DNA of 64,000 bases from Bacteroidales bacterium (GCA_009777825.1 WRLA01000005.1:9286-73285), one strand, 5' to 3'. Counted from the first letter of the stretch, positions 1 to 9,689 are shown. The notes: generated from the sequence alone by a model not told the origin. Translations and numbers: made by a program.

Positions 1-1
1 A

Positions 2-877
2 TATCTCCACGATGTTGAGGTAAAAAATTACGTCATTTCGCAAGAAATGGTCTCGCCGTACCTTGTGGCACGTGAGAAGTTTTCCCATAAGCGTCATTAC
101 GGTCATGCCTTAATCGTTGCGGGAAGTTACGGAATGTTTGGCGCCGCGGTGCTGGCAACGGGCGCAGCGCTGAGAAGCGGCGCGGGATTGGTAACGACGC
201 ACGCAGCCAAGACAGGCGTCGAGATTTTACAGATACGCCACCCCGAAGCCATCGTCTCCGTTGACGAACACGATTACTGTTTTTCCCACATCCGCCACCT
301 CGAACAATACAGCGCCATCGGCATCGGACCCGGCTTGGGACGAGCGCCGGAAACAGCCAACGCCCTGAAAATGCTGATACAAAACTACCATAAACCCATC
401 GTCTTCGATGCCGACGCCATCAACATCCTGTCGGAAAATCCCACGTGGCTCTCTTTCATCCCCAAAGGCTGCATCTTCACGCCGCACCTGAAAGAGTTTG
501 AACGGTTGGTCGGCACATCGTCCGACGACTTTGAACGTAATGCCAAACAGCGCGACTTTTCAGCACGCTACAACGCTTACGTAGTGTTAAAGGGCGCGCA
601 CACAGCCATCACCGCTCCCGATGGCAGTTGCTATTTCAACATCACCGGAACGCCCGGCATGGCAACCGCCGGCAGCGGCGACGTGCTCACCGGACTCATC
701 ACCGGACTGCTCGCACAAGGTCATCATCCGAAAACTGCTGCCGTTACCGGCGTCTATTTGCACGGAGTCGCCGGATGCCTCGCTGCAAAGAAATTCGGGG
801 AGGCAGCCATGATCGCGGGGGATATCGTACAACACATCGGAGAGGCGTTCTTGAGTGTACGCTTTCCCCGACTTTGA
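2..877 (+). CDS. nnr: ADP-dependent NAD(P)H-hydrate dehydratase domain (YjeF C-terminal / Nnr), probably truncated at the 5' window edge
   Basis: ORF 47..877, but the frame stays open back to base 2, so the gene likely continues upstream (bifunctional NnrE/NnrD). YjeF_C-like strings HKRHYGHALIVAGS, GPGLG, TAGSGDVLTG. Confidence 0.8.
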   Translation, partial: YLHDVEVKNYVISQEMVSPYLVAREKFSHKRHYGHALIVAGSYGMFGAAVLATGAALRSGAGLVTTHAAKTGVEILQIRHPEAIVSVDEHDYCFSHIRHLEQYSAIGIGPGLGRAPETANALKMLIQNYHKPIVFDADAINILSENPTWLSFIPKGCIFTPHLKEFERLVGTSSDDFERNAKQRDFSARYNAYVVLKGAHTAITAPDGSCYFNITGTPGMATAGSGDVLTGLITGLLAQGHHPKTAAVTGVYLHGVAGCLAAKKFGEAAMIAGDIVQHIGEAFLSVRFPRL

Positions 878-957
878 CGGCTCTTTTTGCTAAGTGCTTC
901 AATAACAACCAACCGTCTTATGATATTTTAAGGAACGACTAGTTAGTCGTCGTGTCT

Positions 958-1686
958 TCATATCTTTGTGCTTTCGTGTTTTCTTTTTTTGAATATGATC
1001 GTCAACCCCGAAAGAAGAATATAAAACAATATAACAACCGGCAACGCATTATTCCTATGCAGAACCATCATCATAATCGCACAGATGAGGAAAATATAAC
1101 GTATTTTGTTCCCTTTGCGTTTGAGGTTTTTGAATTTGAGCGAGAACAGCGGGATTTCCGTAACCAACAGCAGCGAGAATATCACCGTCAGCACCGGCAA
1201 CAGCCACGGCAATTCCAACAGCGAAAGTAGAAAGGGATTATCAATGAACGGCATACCGGCGAAGAAAAGGGCATTAGCCGGCGTGGGCAGTCCCAGAAAT
1301 CCGGTGGTTTGGCGCTCGTCGAGGTTGAACTTGGCTAAGCGCAAAGCAGAGAAGACGGGAATCAAAACAGCCAACAGCGGAATCCAACTCTGTCCGCCAA
1401 AGTCGTTGAGCGCCATTGTGTTATCGAGCATCATTTTATATACCATCACGCCGGGCGCCACCCCGAAGGTAACGACGTCGCACAACGAGTCCAACTCCTT
1501 GCCGAAAGCGCCCGATACTTTCAACAAGCGTGCCACCGCCCCGTCGCAAAAGTCGAACAGGGCGCCGGCAAAGATAAAACAGGCTGCCGTCTGCAAATTC
1601 CACCGGAAGACGGCGATGACGGCAAGCGTCCCGCACGCAATATTCAGTGCGGTGATAACATTGGGGATGTGTTTTTTAAGGGTCAT
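958..1686 (-). CDS. pssA: CDP-diacylglycerol--serine O-phosphatidyltransferase
   Basis: CDP-alcohol phosphatidyltransferase motif DFCDGAVARLLKVSGAFGKELDSLCDVV (D-x2-DG-x2-AR-x8-G-x3-D-x3-D). Multiple hydrophobic helices. Start overlaps the stop of the upstream S41 gene (ATGA). Confidence 0.85.
   Translation of the reverse strand: MTLKKHIPNVITALNIACGTLAVIAVFRWNLQTAACFIFAGALFDFCDGAVARLLKVSGAFGKELDSLCDVVTFGVAPGVMVYKMMLDNTMALNDFGGQSWIPLLAVLIPVFSALRLAKFNLDERQTTGFLGLPTPANALFFAGMPFIDNPFLLSLLELPWLLPVLTVIFSLLLVTEIPLFSLKFKNLKRKGNKIRYIFLICAIMMMVLHRNNALPVVILFYILLSGLTIIFKKRKHESTKI
1629..1686. repeat. 58-bp direct repeat, copy 1 (covers the start and first 19 codons of pssA)
   Basis: tcccgcacgcaatattcagtgcggtgataacattggggatgtgt... 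matches 3281..3338 with 3 mismatches counted by eye. Confidence 0.9.
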
Positions 1687-3338
1687 AAATCAAGTAAATA
1701 TAATATATCGGAATCCTTATTGAAATCATACTTTTTATAATCTTCCCAATTGAGCATTATGTCGGGATAGAAAATTTTTGCTCGCCGGTCATTTGCCGGT
1801 AAAAAAAACTGAAATGAGTTTGATATAGAGCCTTTTATCTGTGTTAGTGGAAGTTGAAACGGAGTCATCTCCATATATGCGTTGGGGGCTTGTTCCGAAG
1901 GAACTCCAATTAAAGTTGCCCCCATTTTCCAAAGGTAAAACGCATAATGGAACGCCGCGCTAAATGTTTGCTGATTGGTTATCACAAATACTTTTTCGGG
2001 AGAATATACCGGTTTCCCGTCTAAATATTTTATATAATCGGAAGCCTCTCCCAAAGCATTATTAATAAGTTTGCTTCGACGTTCTGCAATATCTATATTT
2101 TCGTCAAAGTCTAATAGCGAAAGGTAATCGCCAATTTGGTAATTGCTCTGGTTTTTATCATTAAAGTCTTCGAGGGTGGTGTTAAGTTTTTTCAGATATA
2201 AATCGGAAACCAATCTGTAAAGGCATACATCCATGTTTTTTTCGAGATAAGCGTCTCCATATAACATATATAAAGTGGGATAGACGATTGGTGTAAATCC
2301 GCCTCCATTGCTTCGTAAATCTATAATCAGATATTTAGCATTGTCTGTCTTCATCTGCTCAAGCATCTGTCTGAAAACGTCTGATAGATTGGGAATGGCG
2401 GCAATAGCCTCATCAATATTGTCCGGCATCTCTTTTTTTAGGTCGTATGTATAAAAATTTTGCAATATATTTTCCATTTGCCCCCAACCATTATCTTTCA
2501 TATATGTAAAAGGCTCCCTTGCCATAACGGTTGACATTTTGAAATACATAACTTGTTTGCCTTCATCTAAATAATCGTGAAATAAAAAATCGTCTTGTAT
2601 CTTCGCGTATTTTGGAATTTCCGTCATTTCAACATTTGCACAACTATCTATAGAAATATACATCAATTCTATTGTTTCCGTATTTCCATCTAATGTTTCC
2701 AAAATAATGGATGCTTTTTCTTGCATATCGGGAAGCAAACTTCTCATTTGCCTGTAATTCCTGAGCCATATTGATAACCAATTATACTTACCATAAATAT
2801 TCTCCATCGGACGCAATTTCCCTACATCTTTGCATAGTTCAGATAACGAAACTCCATTGATGCCGTGAAATTTACTGCCAATGAATTTTTCCTTATCCTT
2901 GGATATTTTTGACACAATTAAACCATCCTGTATCACCATAAATTCTATGGGAAGACGCAGATTGGCAACATCTGTATTTGACGGTATGCTTTCTATGGAC
3001 GTATGCCCATCTTCCAAATTAGATATAAAGGACAATACTAAAGAGGTAAATTCATCTAATGTGGCGCCATTTCTTAACTGCTGTTCCATGTCAGACGCCT
3101 CCTTGTGAAAAAACACTTTCCCTCCAAATCCCGTATATGGGTCAGGATGTGTTTCTTCCAATAATTTTATAAAGTACTTAAAGTCAGCAGTTAATGTATC
3201 CCCCGATACTCGCTGACCGTGTACATTGTTCATAAAAACCGCAAGACTCAATGATAAGGTCAATAACGCCAAACATGTCTTCCCGCACGCAATATTCAGT
3301 GCGGTGATAACATTGGGGATGTGTCTTTTTATGGTCAT
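1683..3338 (-). CDS. S41-family (tail-specific / C-terminal processing type) serine peptidase
   Basis: IIDLRSNGGG and QQTFSAAFHYA (S41-like Ser region). Start moved to the Met at 3338 (MTIKRHIPNVITALNIACG...), which lies 23 nt downstream of a -7 box. The longer track ORF start (3392) lies upstream of that box. Confidence 0.75.
   Translation of the reverse strand: MTIKRHIPNVITALNIACGKTCLALLTLSLSLAVFMNNVHGQRVSGDTLTADFKYFIKLLEETHPDPYTGFGGKVFFHKEASDMEQQLRNGATLDEFTSLVLSFISNLEDGHTSIESIPSNTDVANLRLPIEFMVIQDGLIVSKISKDKEKFIGSKFHGINGVSLSELCKDVGKLRPMENIYGKYNWLSIWLRNYRQMRSLLPDMQEKASIILETLDGNTETIELMYISIDSCANVEMTEIPKYAKIQDDFLFHDYLDEGKQVMYFKMSTVMAREPFTYMKDNGWGQMENILQNFYTYDLKKEMPDNIDEAIAAIPNLSDVFRQMLEQMKTDNAKYLIIDLRSNGGGFTPIVYPTLYMLYGDAYLEKNMDVCLYRLVSDLYLKKLNTTLEDFNDKNQSNYQIGDYLSLLDFDENIDIAERRSKLINNALGEASDYIKYLDGKPVYSPEKVFVITNQQTFSAAFHYAFYLWKMGATLIGVPSEQAPNAYMEMTPFQLPLTQIKGSISNSFQFFLPANDRRAKIFYPDIMLNWEDYKKYDFNKDSDILYLLDL
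3281..3338. repeat. 58-bp direct repeat, copy 2 (forms the N-terminus of the S41 peptidase ORF)
   Basis: Near-identical to 1629..1686. Encodes MTIKRHIPNVITALNIACG versus pssA MTLKKHIPNVITALNIACG. Confidence 0.9.
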
Positions 3339-3360
3339 ATATTCAGTGTTTCTTTGGCTG

Positions 3361-3368
3361 CAAAGGTA
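3361..3368 (-). promoter_or_regulatory. Bacteroidota -7 promoter box (TACCTTTG on the minus strand)
   Basis: caaaggta on the plus strand, 23 nt upstream of the ATG at 3338. Confidence 0.5.
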
Positions 3369-3451
3369 CAAAATGTTTTTTATAAACAACAAAAAAATCG
3401 AAAAATGTTTTTTATAGACAACAAAAAAATCGTACCATTATCCTTATTCGA

Positions 3452-3613
3452 TCATCCTAAAAACATAGCCGCATGAACGGCAACGATGTTGTCGTCGAAA
3501 TAGTGAGTTTCTTCGTCATTCGATAGCAGAAACGCTTTTTTTACAGGTTTGTCCAATATTTCTTCCAACCCGACAAGATGTCGGGCGTCAACTTTGTTCA
3601 CTTTACTAGCCAT
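3452..3613 (-). pseudogene. 53-aa ORF, possible C-terminal remnant of a DUF4143-type AAA ATPase
   Basis: Hand translation gives MASKVNKVDARHLVGLEEILDKPVKKAFLLSNDEETHYFDDNIVAVHAAMFLG. The in-frame upstream residues ..FEIK resemble the strand preceding the C-terminal region of such ATPases. A TATCTTTG box lies close upstream. Below the 60-aa track cutoff. Confidence 0.3.
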
Positions 3614-3797
3614 TTTTATTTCAAAAACAAAGATACAACTTTTTTGTTAATTCCAAATATTAATGAGATTTCGAGCGAAGCGAGAAATGACAATGTGTGC
3701 TTTGGGAAAGAGGGGCGGTGTCTCAAAAGTGTTTTAGCACGCAGATGACGCAGATTTGATGATATTTAAATTTAATCTCACATCTTGCAATATTTCG

Positions 3798-3805
3798 TAT
3801 CTTTG
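3798..3805 (+). promoter_or_regulatory. -7 promoter box TATCTTTG upstream of glyA
   Basis: Matches TAnnTTTG, 25 nt upstream of the ATG at 3830. Confidence 0.55.
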
Positions 3806-3829
3806 CAAAAAATTATAATTATAAATAAA

Positions 3830-5107
3830 ATGAAACGAGATCAGGTAGTTTTTGACATTATTGCCGCTGAGAGAAGACGGCAAATGGAAGGTATTGAATT
3901 GATTGCATCCGAAAACTTTGTCAGCGAACAGGTGATGGAGGCAATGGGGTCAGTGATGACCAACAAGTATGCCGAAGGATATCCGGGCAAACGCTACTAC
4001 GGTGGCTGTCAGGAAGTTGACAAAACGGAGCAGTTGGCGATTGACAGAGTGTGTCAGTTGTTTGGGGCGGAGTATGCCAATGTGCAGCCTCACTCCGGCG
4101 CTCAGGCTAACATGGCGGTCTTTTTGGCGTGTTTGAAACCCGGCGACAAGTTCATGGGATTGGACTTGGCGCACGGCGGACATCTCTCGCACGGCTCGCC
4201 GGTCAACTCGTCCGGCATTCTTTATAATCCGATTGCCTATCAGGTAGAGGAAGCAACGGGAAAGATTGACTACGACAAAATGGAACAGAAAGCGTTGGAA
4301 GAAAAACCAAAACTGCTCTTGGCAGGCGCTTCGGCATACAGTCGGGATTGGGATTTTGCCCGTATGCGGCAGATTGCCGACAAAATCGGCGCCATCCTGA
4401 TGGCAGACATTAGTCATCCCGCCGGACTGATTGCACGCGGATTGCTCAACAATCCTATTCCGCACTGCCACATCATCACAACGACAACACACAAAACCCT
4501 TCGCGGACCACGCGGCGGATTGATTCTCATCGGAAAAGACTTTGACAACCCGTGGGGATACGCCACACCCAAAGGCGAGATAAAGAAAATGTCGCAACTG
4601 ATTGACTCTGCGGTATTTCCGGGCATTCAAGGCGGTCCGTTGGAACATGTCATTGCTGCAAAAGCAGTCGCCTTCGGTGAAGCGCTCTCCGACGACTATC
4701 TGGCTTATATCCGGCAAGTTCAGAAAAATGCAGCCGTCATGAGCCAGGCTTTCGTGGACAAAGGATACAAAGTCATCAGTGGTGGGACGGATAACCATCT
4801 GATGTTGATTGACTTGCGCTCAAAATTCCCGGAAATAACCGGAAAATTGGTCGAAAATACTTTGGTAAAAGCCGACATCACCATCAACAAAAACATGGTG
4901 CCGTTCGATAGTCGTAGCCCGTTCCAGACATCGGGCATCCGCATCGGAACGCCGGCCATCACCACGCGCGGACTGAAAGAAGAACACATGGGTATCATCG
5001 TAGATTTGGTTGACGAGGTGATTAGCAATATTGACAACGAAACCGTCATAGCCTCTGTGCGTCAAGAGGTTAATGAACTAATGCATGGGTTTCCACTGTT
5101 TAAATAA
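3830..5107 (+). CDS. glyA: serine hydroxymethyltransferase
   Basis: Typical SHMT sequence ([35 protein letters not shown] with the PLP lysine). Start placed at MKRDQVVF downstream of the -7 box; the 3785 start would include the promoter. Confidence 0.95.
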   Translation: MKRDQVVFDIIAAERRRQMEGIELIASENFVSEQVMEAMGSVMTNKYAEGYPGKRYYGGCQEVDKTEQLAIDRVCQLFGAEYANVQPHSGAQANMAVFLACLKPGDKFMGLDLAHGGHLSHGSPVNSSGILYNPIAYQVEEATGKIDYDKMEQKALEEKPKLLLAGASAYSRDWDFARMRQIADKIGAILMADISHPAGLIARGLLNNPIPHCHIITTTTHKTLRGPRGGLILIGKDFDNPWGYATPKGEIKKMSQLIDSAVFPGIQGGPLEHVIAAKAVAFGEALSDDYLAYIRQVQKNAAVMSQAFVDKGYKVISGGTDNHLMLIDLRSKFPEITGKLVENTLVKADITINKNMVPFDSRSPFQTSGIRIGTPAITTRGLKEEHMGIIVDLVDEVISNIDNETVIASVRQEVNELMHGFPLFK

Positions 5108-5140
5108 AGAACAAGCGGAAGAATTATTATGGGTTGCCGA

Positions 5141-5830
5141 ATGAAAAAAGTAATCATCCTTACCGGCGCCGGAATCAGCGCAGAGAGCGGTATAAAGACG
5201 TTTCGCGACAGCGACGGACTGTGGGAAAACTATCCCATAGAAGACGTTGCCACGCCCGAAGGCTGGAGGCGTAATCCCGAATTGGTTTTAAAATTTTATA
5301 ACGAGCGACGAAAACAACTCTCCGAAGTCGTTCCTAATGACGCACATACGGCGCTTCAGCGGTTAGAGGCGCGGTACGACGTTCAGATTATCACGCAGAA
5401 CGTGGACAACCTTCACGAGCGTGCCGGCTCGTCGAAGATATTGCATCTGCACGGATTACTCACGCAGGCGCGGAGTTCCGTTGACGATTCTTTGGTATAT
5501 GACATCGGCGAGAAAGCGATAGCGATGGGCGACGTCTGCGAAAAAGGCTCGCAGTTGCGTCCGCACATCGTCTGGTTCGGCGAGATGGTGCCCAATATCG
5601 AAATTGCGGCGCGGATGGTCGAAAAATCTGATATTCTGGTGATTATCGGGACTTCTTTGGTCGTTTATCCGGCGGCGGGATTGTTGAACTACGCACCCAA
5701 ATATTGCCGCAAATTCCTGATTGACCCCAATGCACCCGCCATGAGCCATGTCCCACAGATGACCATCATGAAAGAAAAAGCCGGAACGGGCGTACCCAAA
5801 TTAGTAGATAAGTTATTGAATGAGAATTAA
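5141..5830 (+). CDS. cobB: NAD-dependent protein deacylase, Sir2 family
   Basis: GAGISAESGI, QNVDNLHERAG and GTSLVVYPAAG are sirtuin signatures. Confidence 0.9.
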   Translation: MKKVIILTGAGISAESGIKTFRDSDGLWENYPIEDVATPEGWRRNPELVLKFYNERRKQLSEVVPNDAHTALQRLEARYDVQIITQNVDNLHERAGSSKILHLHGLLTQARSSVDDSLVYDIGEKAIAMGDVCEKGSQLRPHIVWFGEMVPNIEIAARMVEKSDILVIIGTSLVVYPAAGLLNYAPKYCRKFLIDPNAPAMSHVPQMTIMKEKAGTGVPKLVDKLLNEN

Positions 5831-6293
5831 TATCAACAGCCCCAACGCTCAGGAAGCATTCGACAAAGCCGCGCGTTATTGCTGTGCCGAAGAACGGTGC
5901 CGCTCGCAGGTGATAGAGAAACTGAAGCAGTGGAACGTCCCGCCGGAAATGACCGATGGACTGCTGTTGGGTTTGGAAAATGCCGACTTTCTGAACGAAA
6001 ATCGCTATGCCGAGTTGTTTGTCCGCAGCAAAGTACGTCAAAACAACTGGGGACGCCACAAAATCACCTATGCCCTGAAAGCAGCCGGCGTCAAACCCGA
6101 CAGCATCCGACACGGACTTTCGCTCTTGGACGAACAAACCTACTTAGACGCTCTCAACAACGTCGTCCGAAAGGCGCAAAGGCTCATTCACGAAAGCAAT
6201 CCGGCGCTCAAACAGAAAAAAATCGTACAACACGCCGTCTCAAAGGGCTTTGAAACGGATTTGATACTTCACATACTTCATGGGGAAAACTAA
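5820..6293 (+). CDS. recX: RecA regulator RecX
   Basis: 157 aa. RecX-like helical repeats (AARYCCAEERCRSQV, NENRYAELFVRSKV, WGRHKITYALKAAGV). Overlaps the cobB end by 11 nt. Confidence 0.8.
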   Translation: MRININSPNAQEAFDKAARYCCAEERCRSQVIEKLKQWNVPPEMTDGLLLGLENADFLNENRYAELFVRSKVRQNNWGRHKITYALKAAGVKPDSIRHGLSLLDEQTYLDALNNVVRKAQRLIHESNPALKQKKIVQHAVSKGFETDLILHILHGEN

Positions 6294-6299
6294 ATTGAA

Positions 6300-7370
6300 A
6301 TGCAGATGAATAAAAAATTAATCAACGGAATACAGCAAATAGGCGTTGGCACGGACGATGCCGACCGCACCTTTCAATGGTATGCCGTCGTCATGGGCGC
6401 CGACATTCCCGTTTTTGAAGACAGCAACGAAGCCACCTACATGGCGCCTTACATGGGCGGAACGTCGCACAAGAAAAAAGCCATTCTGGCGGTAAATCTC
6501 CAAGGCGGCGGAGGCTACGAACACTGGCAATATCTTGACCGTCAACCCTCTTTCCCAAGCGAGGCGGTACGGATGGGCGACTTCGGAATCAACGTCGCAG
6601 CCATAAAATCGCAAAATATCGAACGTTCGTTTCAACGGATGAAAGGACTCGGCATAACGTTGCTCTCCGACATTGTTACCGCTCCCGACCAAAAACGGTG
6701 TTTTTACGTGCAAGATCCGTGGCGTAATATGTTGCAGGTCAAAGAGTCTTCCGAGTGGTTTCTGAAAGGGAAAAACGACGTGGGCGGCGTGTTCGGCTGC
6801 ATCATCGGCGTCTCCGACATCGAAAAATCGAAAAAACTCTACTCCGACATCTTAGAATATGACCAAGTGGTCTATGACCAAACGGGCACATTCGACGACT
6901 TGAACGGTTTGCCCAACGGAACAGGACGTTTCCGTCGTATCTTGCTTACACACAGCGCAGAGAGAAAAGGCGGCTTCGCCCCGCTCTTCGGAAAAAGTTA
7001 CATCGAACTGATACAATCCGTTGACAATCACGTGCCCAAAAAGATCTTCGCAGAGCGCTATTGGGGCGACGTTGGGTTTATCCACCTCTGTTTCGACATA
7101 CGCAACATCGCGGCAATGGTGCAAGAGTGCGCCGAAAAAGGATTCCCTTTCAAAGTGCGCAGTTCCGACTCGTTCGACATGGGCGAAGCCAACGGAAGTT
7201 GGGGCTACTTGGAAGACTGCGACGGCACTTTGATAGAAGTCGTGGAAACACACAAAGTGCCGATACTGAAAAAGTTAAACTGGTACATCCGCCTCAACAA
7301 AAGAGAGCCGCAGAAATCGTTGCCGAGGTGGGTGATTAAGGCGCTGAGATTCAAAAGGGTGAAAATTTAA
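6300..7370 (+). CDS. VOC (glyoxalase/bleomycin-resistance/dioxygenase) family protein, two-domain
   Basis: 356 aa. Duplicated beta-alpha-beta-beta-beta style segments (IQQIGVGTDD..., GCIIGVSDIEKSKKLY...). General family call only. Confidence 0.6.
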   Translation: MQMNKKLINGIQQIGVGTDDADRTFQWYAVVMGADIPVFEDSNEATYMAPYMGGTSHKKKAILAVNLQGGGGYEHWQYLDRQPSFPSEAVRMGDFGINVAAIKSQNIERSFQRMKGLGITLLSDIVTAPDQKRCFYVQDPWRNMLQVKESSEWFLKGKNDVGGVFGCIIGVSDIEKSKKLYSDILEYDQVVYDQTGTFDDLNGLPNGTGRFRRILLTHSAERKGGFAPLFGKSYIELIQSVDNHVPKKIFAERYWGDVGFIHLCFDIRNIAAMVQECAEKGFPFKVRSSDSFDMGEANGSWGYLEDCDGTLIEVVETHKVPILKKLNWYIRLNKREPQKSLPRWVIKALRFKRVKI

Positions 7371-7384
7371 CGTGTTCCATTGTA

Positions 7385-8071
7385 TTATCTTATCTCAAAA
7401 GTTTTCTGCCCCAGACAGAAACTTTTGTACCATACTTCTATCTTGTACCAGCCTGTGGGGTATTTGTTTTTTGCAGTTGTATTTTTCCAACATTCTTTAA
7501 ATTCTACCATGCCGTTGCCGGGTTTGATTTTTACTGTTTGGTTGGTACGTTCGTCCGGTTTGACAGAAAAGAGCGAAACGAATCTTCCGGGATAGTGAAT
7601 AATGATGTCGAACGGGATCTCTTTTTCTTCGTTCAACAGGCTGATATACTCAATTTTAAGTCGTAAGCGTTGCGCGTCGGTAAGAAATTTGCTGCTATAC
7701 GGATCGAGTTCCTTACACATATCATCAAAACCGCCTACTTGCATATTTTTTATAATTATAGGGTGTGTTTCTTGTATTTCTAATACGGCTTTCTCTAATT
7801 TGGAGTATGTTTCCAGTTTTTCGAAACATTCTTCGGTTTTTTTAAGATTTTCTTTGGCTTGCCCAAGTTCATTTTGGGCTTCCTGCAACTCTTTCTTTAC
7901 TATTTTTAAAGAATCCGTTTTGGTTTTTAAATCTGTTTTTAATTGGTCGGACGCATTAGATTTTATGGTAGTAGGGGAGGGGGGAGGCGTGATGGGATCT
8001 TCAACTCGTTGAGCCGATACGCTCATTATTAGCAACATCAGGCAGCCGAAAGTTAATACTTGCTTTTTCAT
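7385..8071 (-). CDS. secreted hypothetical protein (signal peptide, coiled-coil, beta-rich C-terminus); last gene of the T7SS-like operon
   Basis: N-terminus MKKQVLTFGCLMLLIMSVSAQ. Lies 31 nt downstream of the preceding kinase gene. Convergent with the VOC gene. Confidence 0.7.
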   Translation of the reverse strand: MKKQVLTFGCLMLLIMSVSAQRVEDPITPPPSPTTIKSNASDQLKTDLKTKTDSLKIVKKELQEAQNELGQAKENLKKTEECFEKLETYSKLEKAVLEIQETHPIIIKNMQVGGFDDMCKELDPYSSKFLTDAQRLRLKIEYISLLNEEKEIPFDIIIHYPGRFVSLFSVKPDERTNQTVKIKPGNGMVEFKECWKNTTAKNKYPTGWYKIEVWYKSFCLGQKTFEIR

Positions 8072-8102
8072 AAAAAAATCTATTTTGTTTTACTATATTT
8101 AT

Positions 8103-9689
8103 CTATTTTCTTTCAAAAACGCCATTTTTATAGGTTCCCTGTAATTTTCCGTTTTTCCAACGGTCTCCGTTATCCGGTCGTCCGTTTCTCCATGTTCCAC
8201 GATACATGGTGCTGTCTTTGTCGTTTTTTCTCCATTCGCCGAACACCGGTTGATCCTCTCGGTAACTGCCTGTAAATGTACTGCCGTCATCCTTAAAGGT
8301 ACGTTTGCAATCATTTCCGGATTTCAGTCCTTTTCTAAATCCCCCTTCATAAAAGGATTTATCTTTACCACAATGATAGTCTGCTTTTCCCTCAGTATCA
8401 TCGGGATAGCCTTTTTGCATGCGACCGGAATAGAGATAATAGGAACATTCGGTAGGGAGCGAATCCATTTTCAATAACGCGTCTAAATTATCAGGCAGGG
8501 AGTGGCTGACTTCTATGAGTATTGAATCGTTAATCGTTGTGTACCACATAGTTGTATCGAGTTCCCCCTGAGTGGGGCACAAATAGATATTTTCCTTATA
8601 TAAGCACACTTTCAATCCGTACACTCTTCCTCTGACCATGCTTCGTTTTGCATTTTCAATGACTTTGCTTTTTTTATCGTTTTTATCGCGGTTATGATAC
8701 CATTTCCATGTTATCAAGCCTCCTGCGAGCAGGATTACAACTCCGATAATAATGGCGATAATCCATTTTTTCGGGATTGTTCCTTTTTTGCCGGGAGCAG
8801 ATACTCTCCAATCTTTCAGTCCGGTGAGTGTAACCATTAGTTCTCCGACGTTCTGATAGCGTTCTTCCGGTTTTAATGCCATTGCTTTGAGTATGGTTTC
8901 GTTGGCGATGTCCGGCAGGTTGGAGGCAAGCGTTTTCGGCGCTTTCATCTCCTGGAGCAGCCGTGCGGCGGCGTCAAGGGGTTTTTTACCGGTAACGATG
9001 AAATAGAATACGGCGCCGAGAGAGTAAACATCGGAATAGAATCCTTTTTTCCCCACATTCGAGTATTGTTCTAACGGAGCATATCCTTTTGTTAAAATGG
9101 AGGTATGGCTTTGTGTTTTATCGTGGATAAATTCACGGGCGGAGCCGAAATCTATTAAGACGGCGGTATATTCCGGCGTGATCATGATGTTATCCGGCTT
9201 AACGTCGCGGTGAAGGATTCCTTGTTCGTGAATATGGTTGATGGCTTCGGCAATTTGCGCTACATAGTTCACGGATGTTTCGTAATCCAATTTTCCTTTT
9301 TTATCTACAAGTTTCTGTAATGTAATTCCTTCCACAAAGGGCATGACGATATAAGAGGTATCGTTTTCTTCAAAAACGTCTATTACCTTTACGATGTTGG
9401 GGTGTTTCAGTTTTGTTAAGGTTTGCGCTTCTTCTGTGAATTTGCGTTTATAATTGTCGTATTCTTCGTCGGTGATACCTTGCAGGTGCAGTTTGCTTGT
9501 TTGGGTGTTTCGCACGCAATAACCGCTTATAAAAAACTCCTTGATGGCATAATATTGATTCAAGGTAGCATGTTTGGCATAGTACGTGATACCAAATCCG
9601 CCCAAGCCCAGCACTTTTTCAATGATATATTTACCATTGTGCAAGGTTGTCCCTTTCGGCAGTTCCCGTGATTTGATCTCTTCGGTCAT
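8103..9689 (-). CDS. Hanks-type Ser/Thr protein kinase with one TM helix and C-terminal MORN-like repeats
   Basis: GLGGFGITYYAKH, YAIKEF, HRDVKPDNIM, DFGSAR, GYAPLEQ. TM WIIAIIIGVVILLAGGLITW. C-terminal Y-x-G-x-x-x-x-G repeats (YEGGFRKGLKSG.., YRGTWRNGRPDNG..). Confidence 0.9.
   Translation of the reverse strand: MTEEIKSRELPKGTTLHNGKYIIEKVLGLGGFGITYYAKHATLNQYYAIKEFFISGYCVRNTQTSKLHLQGITDEEYDNYKRKFTEEAQTLTKLKHPNIVKVIDVFEENDTSYIVMPFVEGITLQKLVDKKGKLDYETSVNYVAQIAEAINHIHEQGILHRDVKPDNIMITPEYTAVLIDFGSAREFIHDKTQSHTSILTKGYAPLEQYSNVGKKGFYSDVYSLGAVFYFIVTGKKPLDAAARLLQEMKAPKTLASNLPDIANETILKAMALKPEERYQNVGELMVTLTGLKDWRVSAPGKKGTIPKKWIIAIIIGVVILLAGGLITWKWYHNRDKNDKKSKVIENAKRSMVRGRVYGLKVCLYKENIYLCPTQGELDTTMWYTTINDSILIEVSHSLPDNLDALLKMDSLPTECSYYLYSGRMQKGYPDDTEGKADYHCGKDKSFYEGGFRKGLKSGNDCKRTFKDDGSTFTGSYREDQPVFGEWRKNDKDSTMYRGTWRNGRPDNGDRWKNGKLQGTYKNGVFERK

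Noticed and set aside
3785-3829. Upstream-extended starts given by the ORF track (3785, 5129, 31926, 49514, 50086, 51507, 60619, 3392, 45830).
   Set aside because: In most of these cases (3785, 31926, 49514, 50086, 60619, 3392) the extension includes or precedes a TAnnTTTG -7 box. In all of them a downstream Met gives the conserved family N-terminus or a signal peptide.
3950-4798. 282-aa antisense ORF inside glyA. Similar long shadow ORFs include 28210-29001, 34277-34969, 41618-42262, 43043-43534, 54779-55405, 59870-60577 and 15755-16267.
   Set aside because: They lie opposite or out of frame within genes that have unmistakable conserved motifs. Their translations are low-complexity or Arg/Val-rich with no motifs. 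These are typical GC-rich shadow ORFs.
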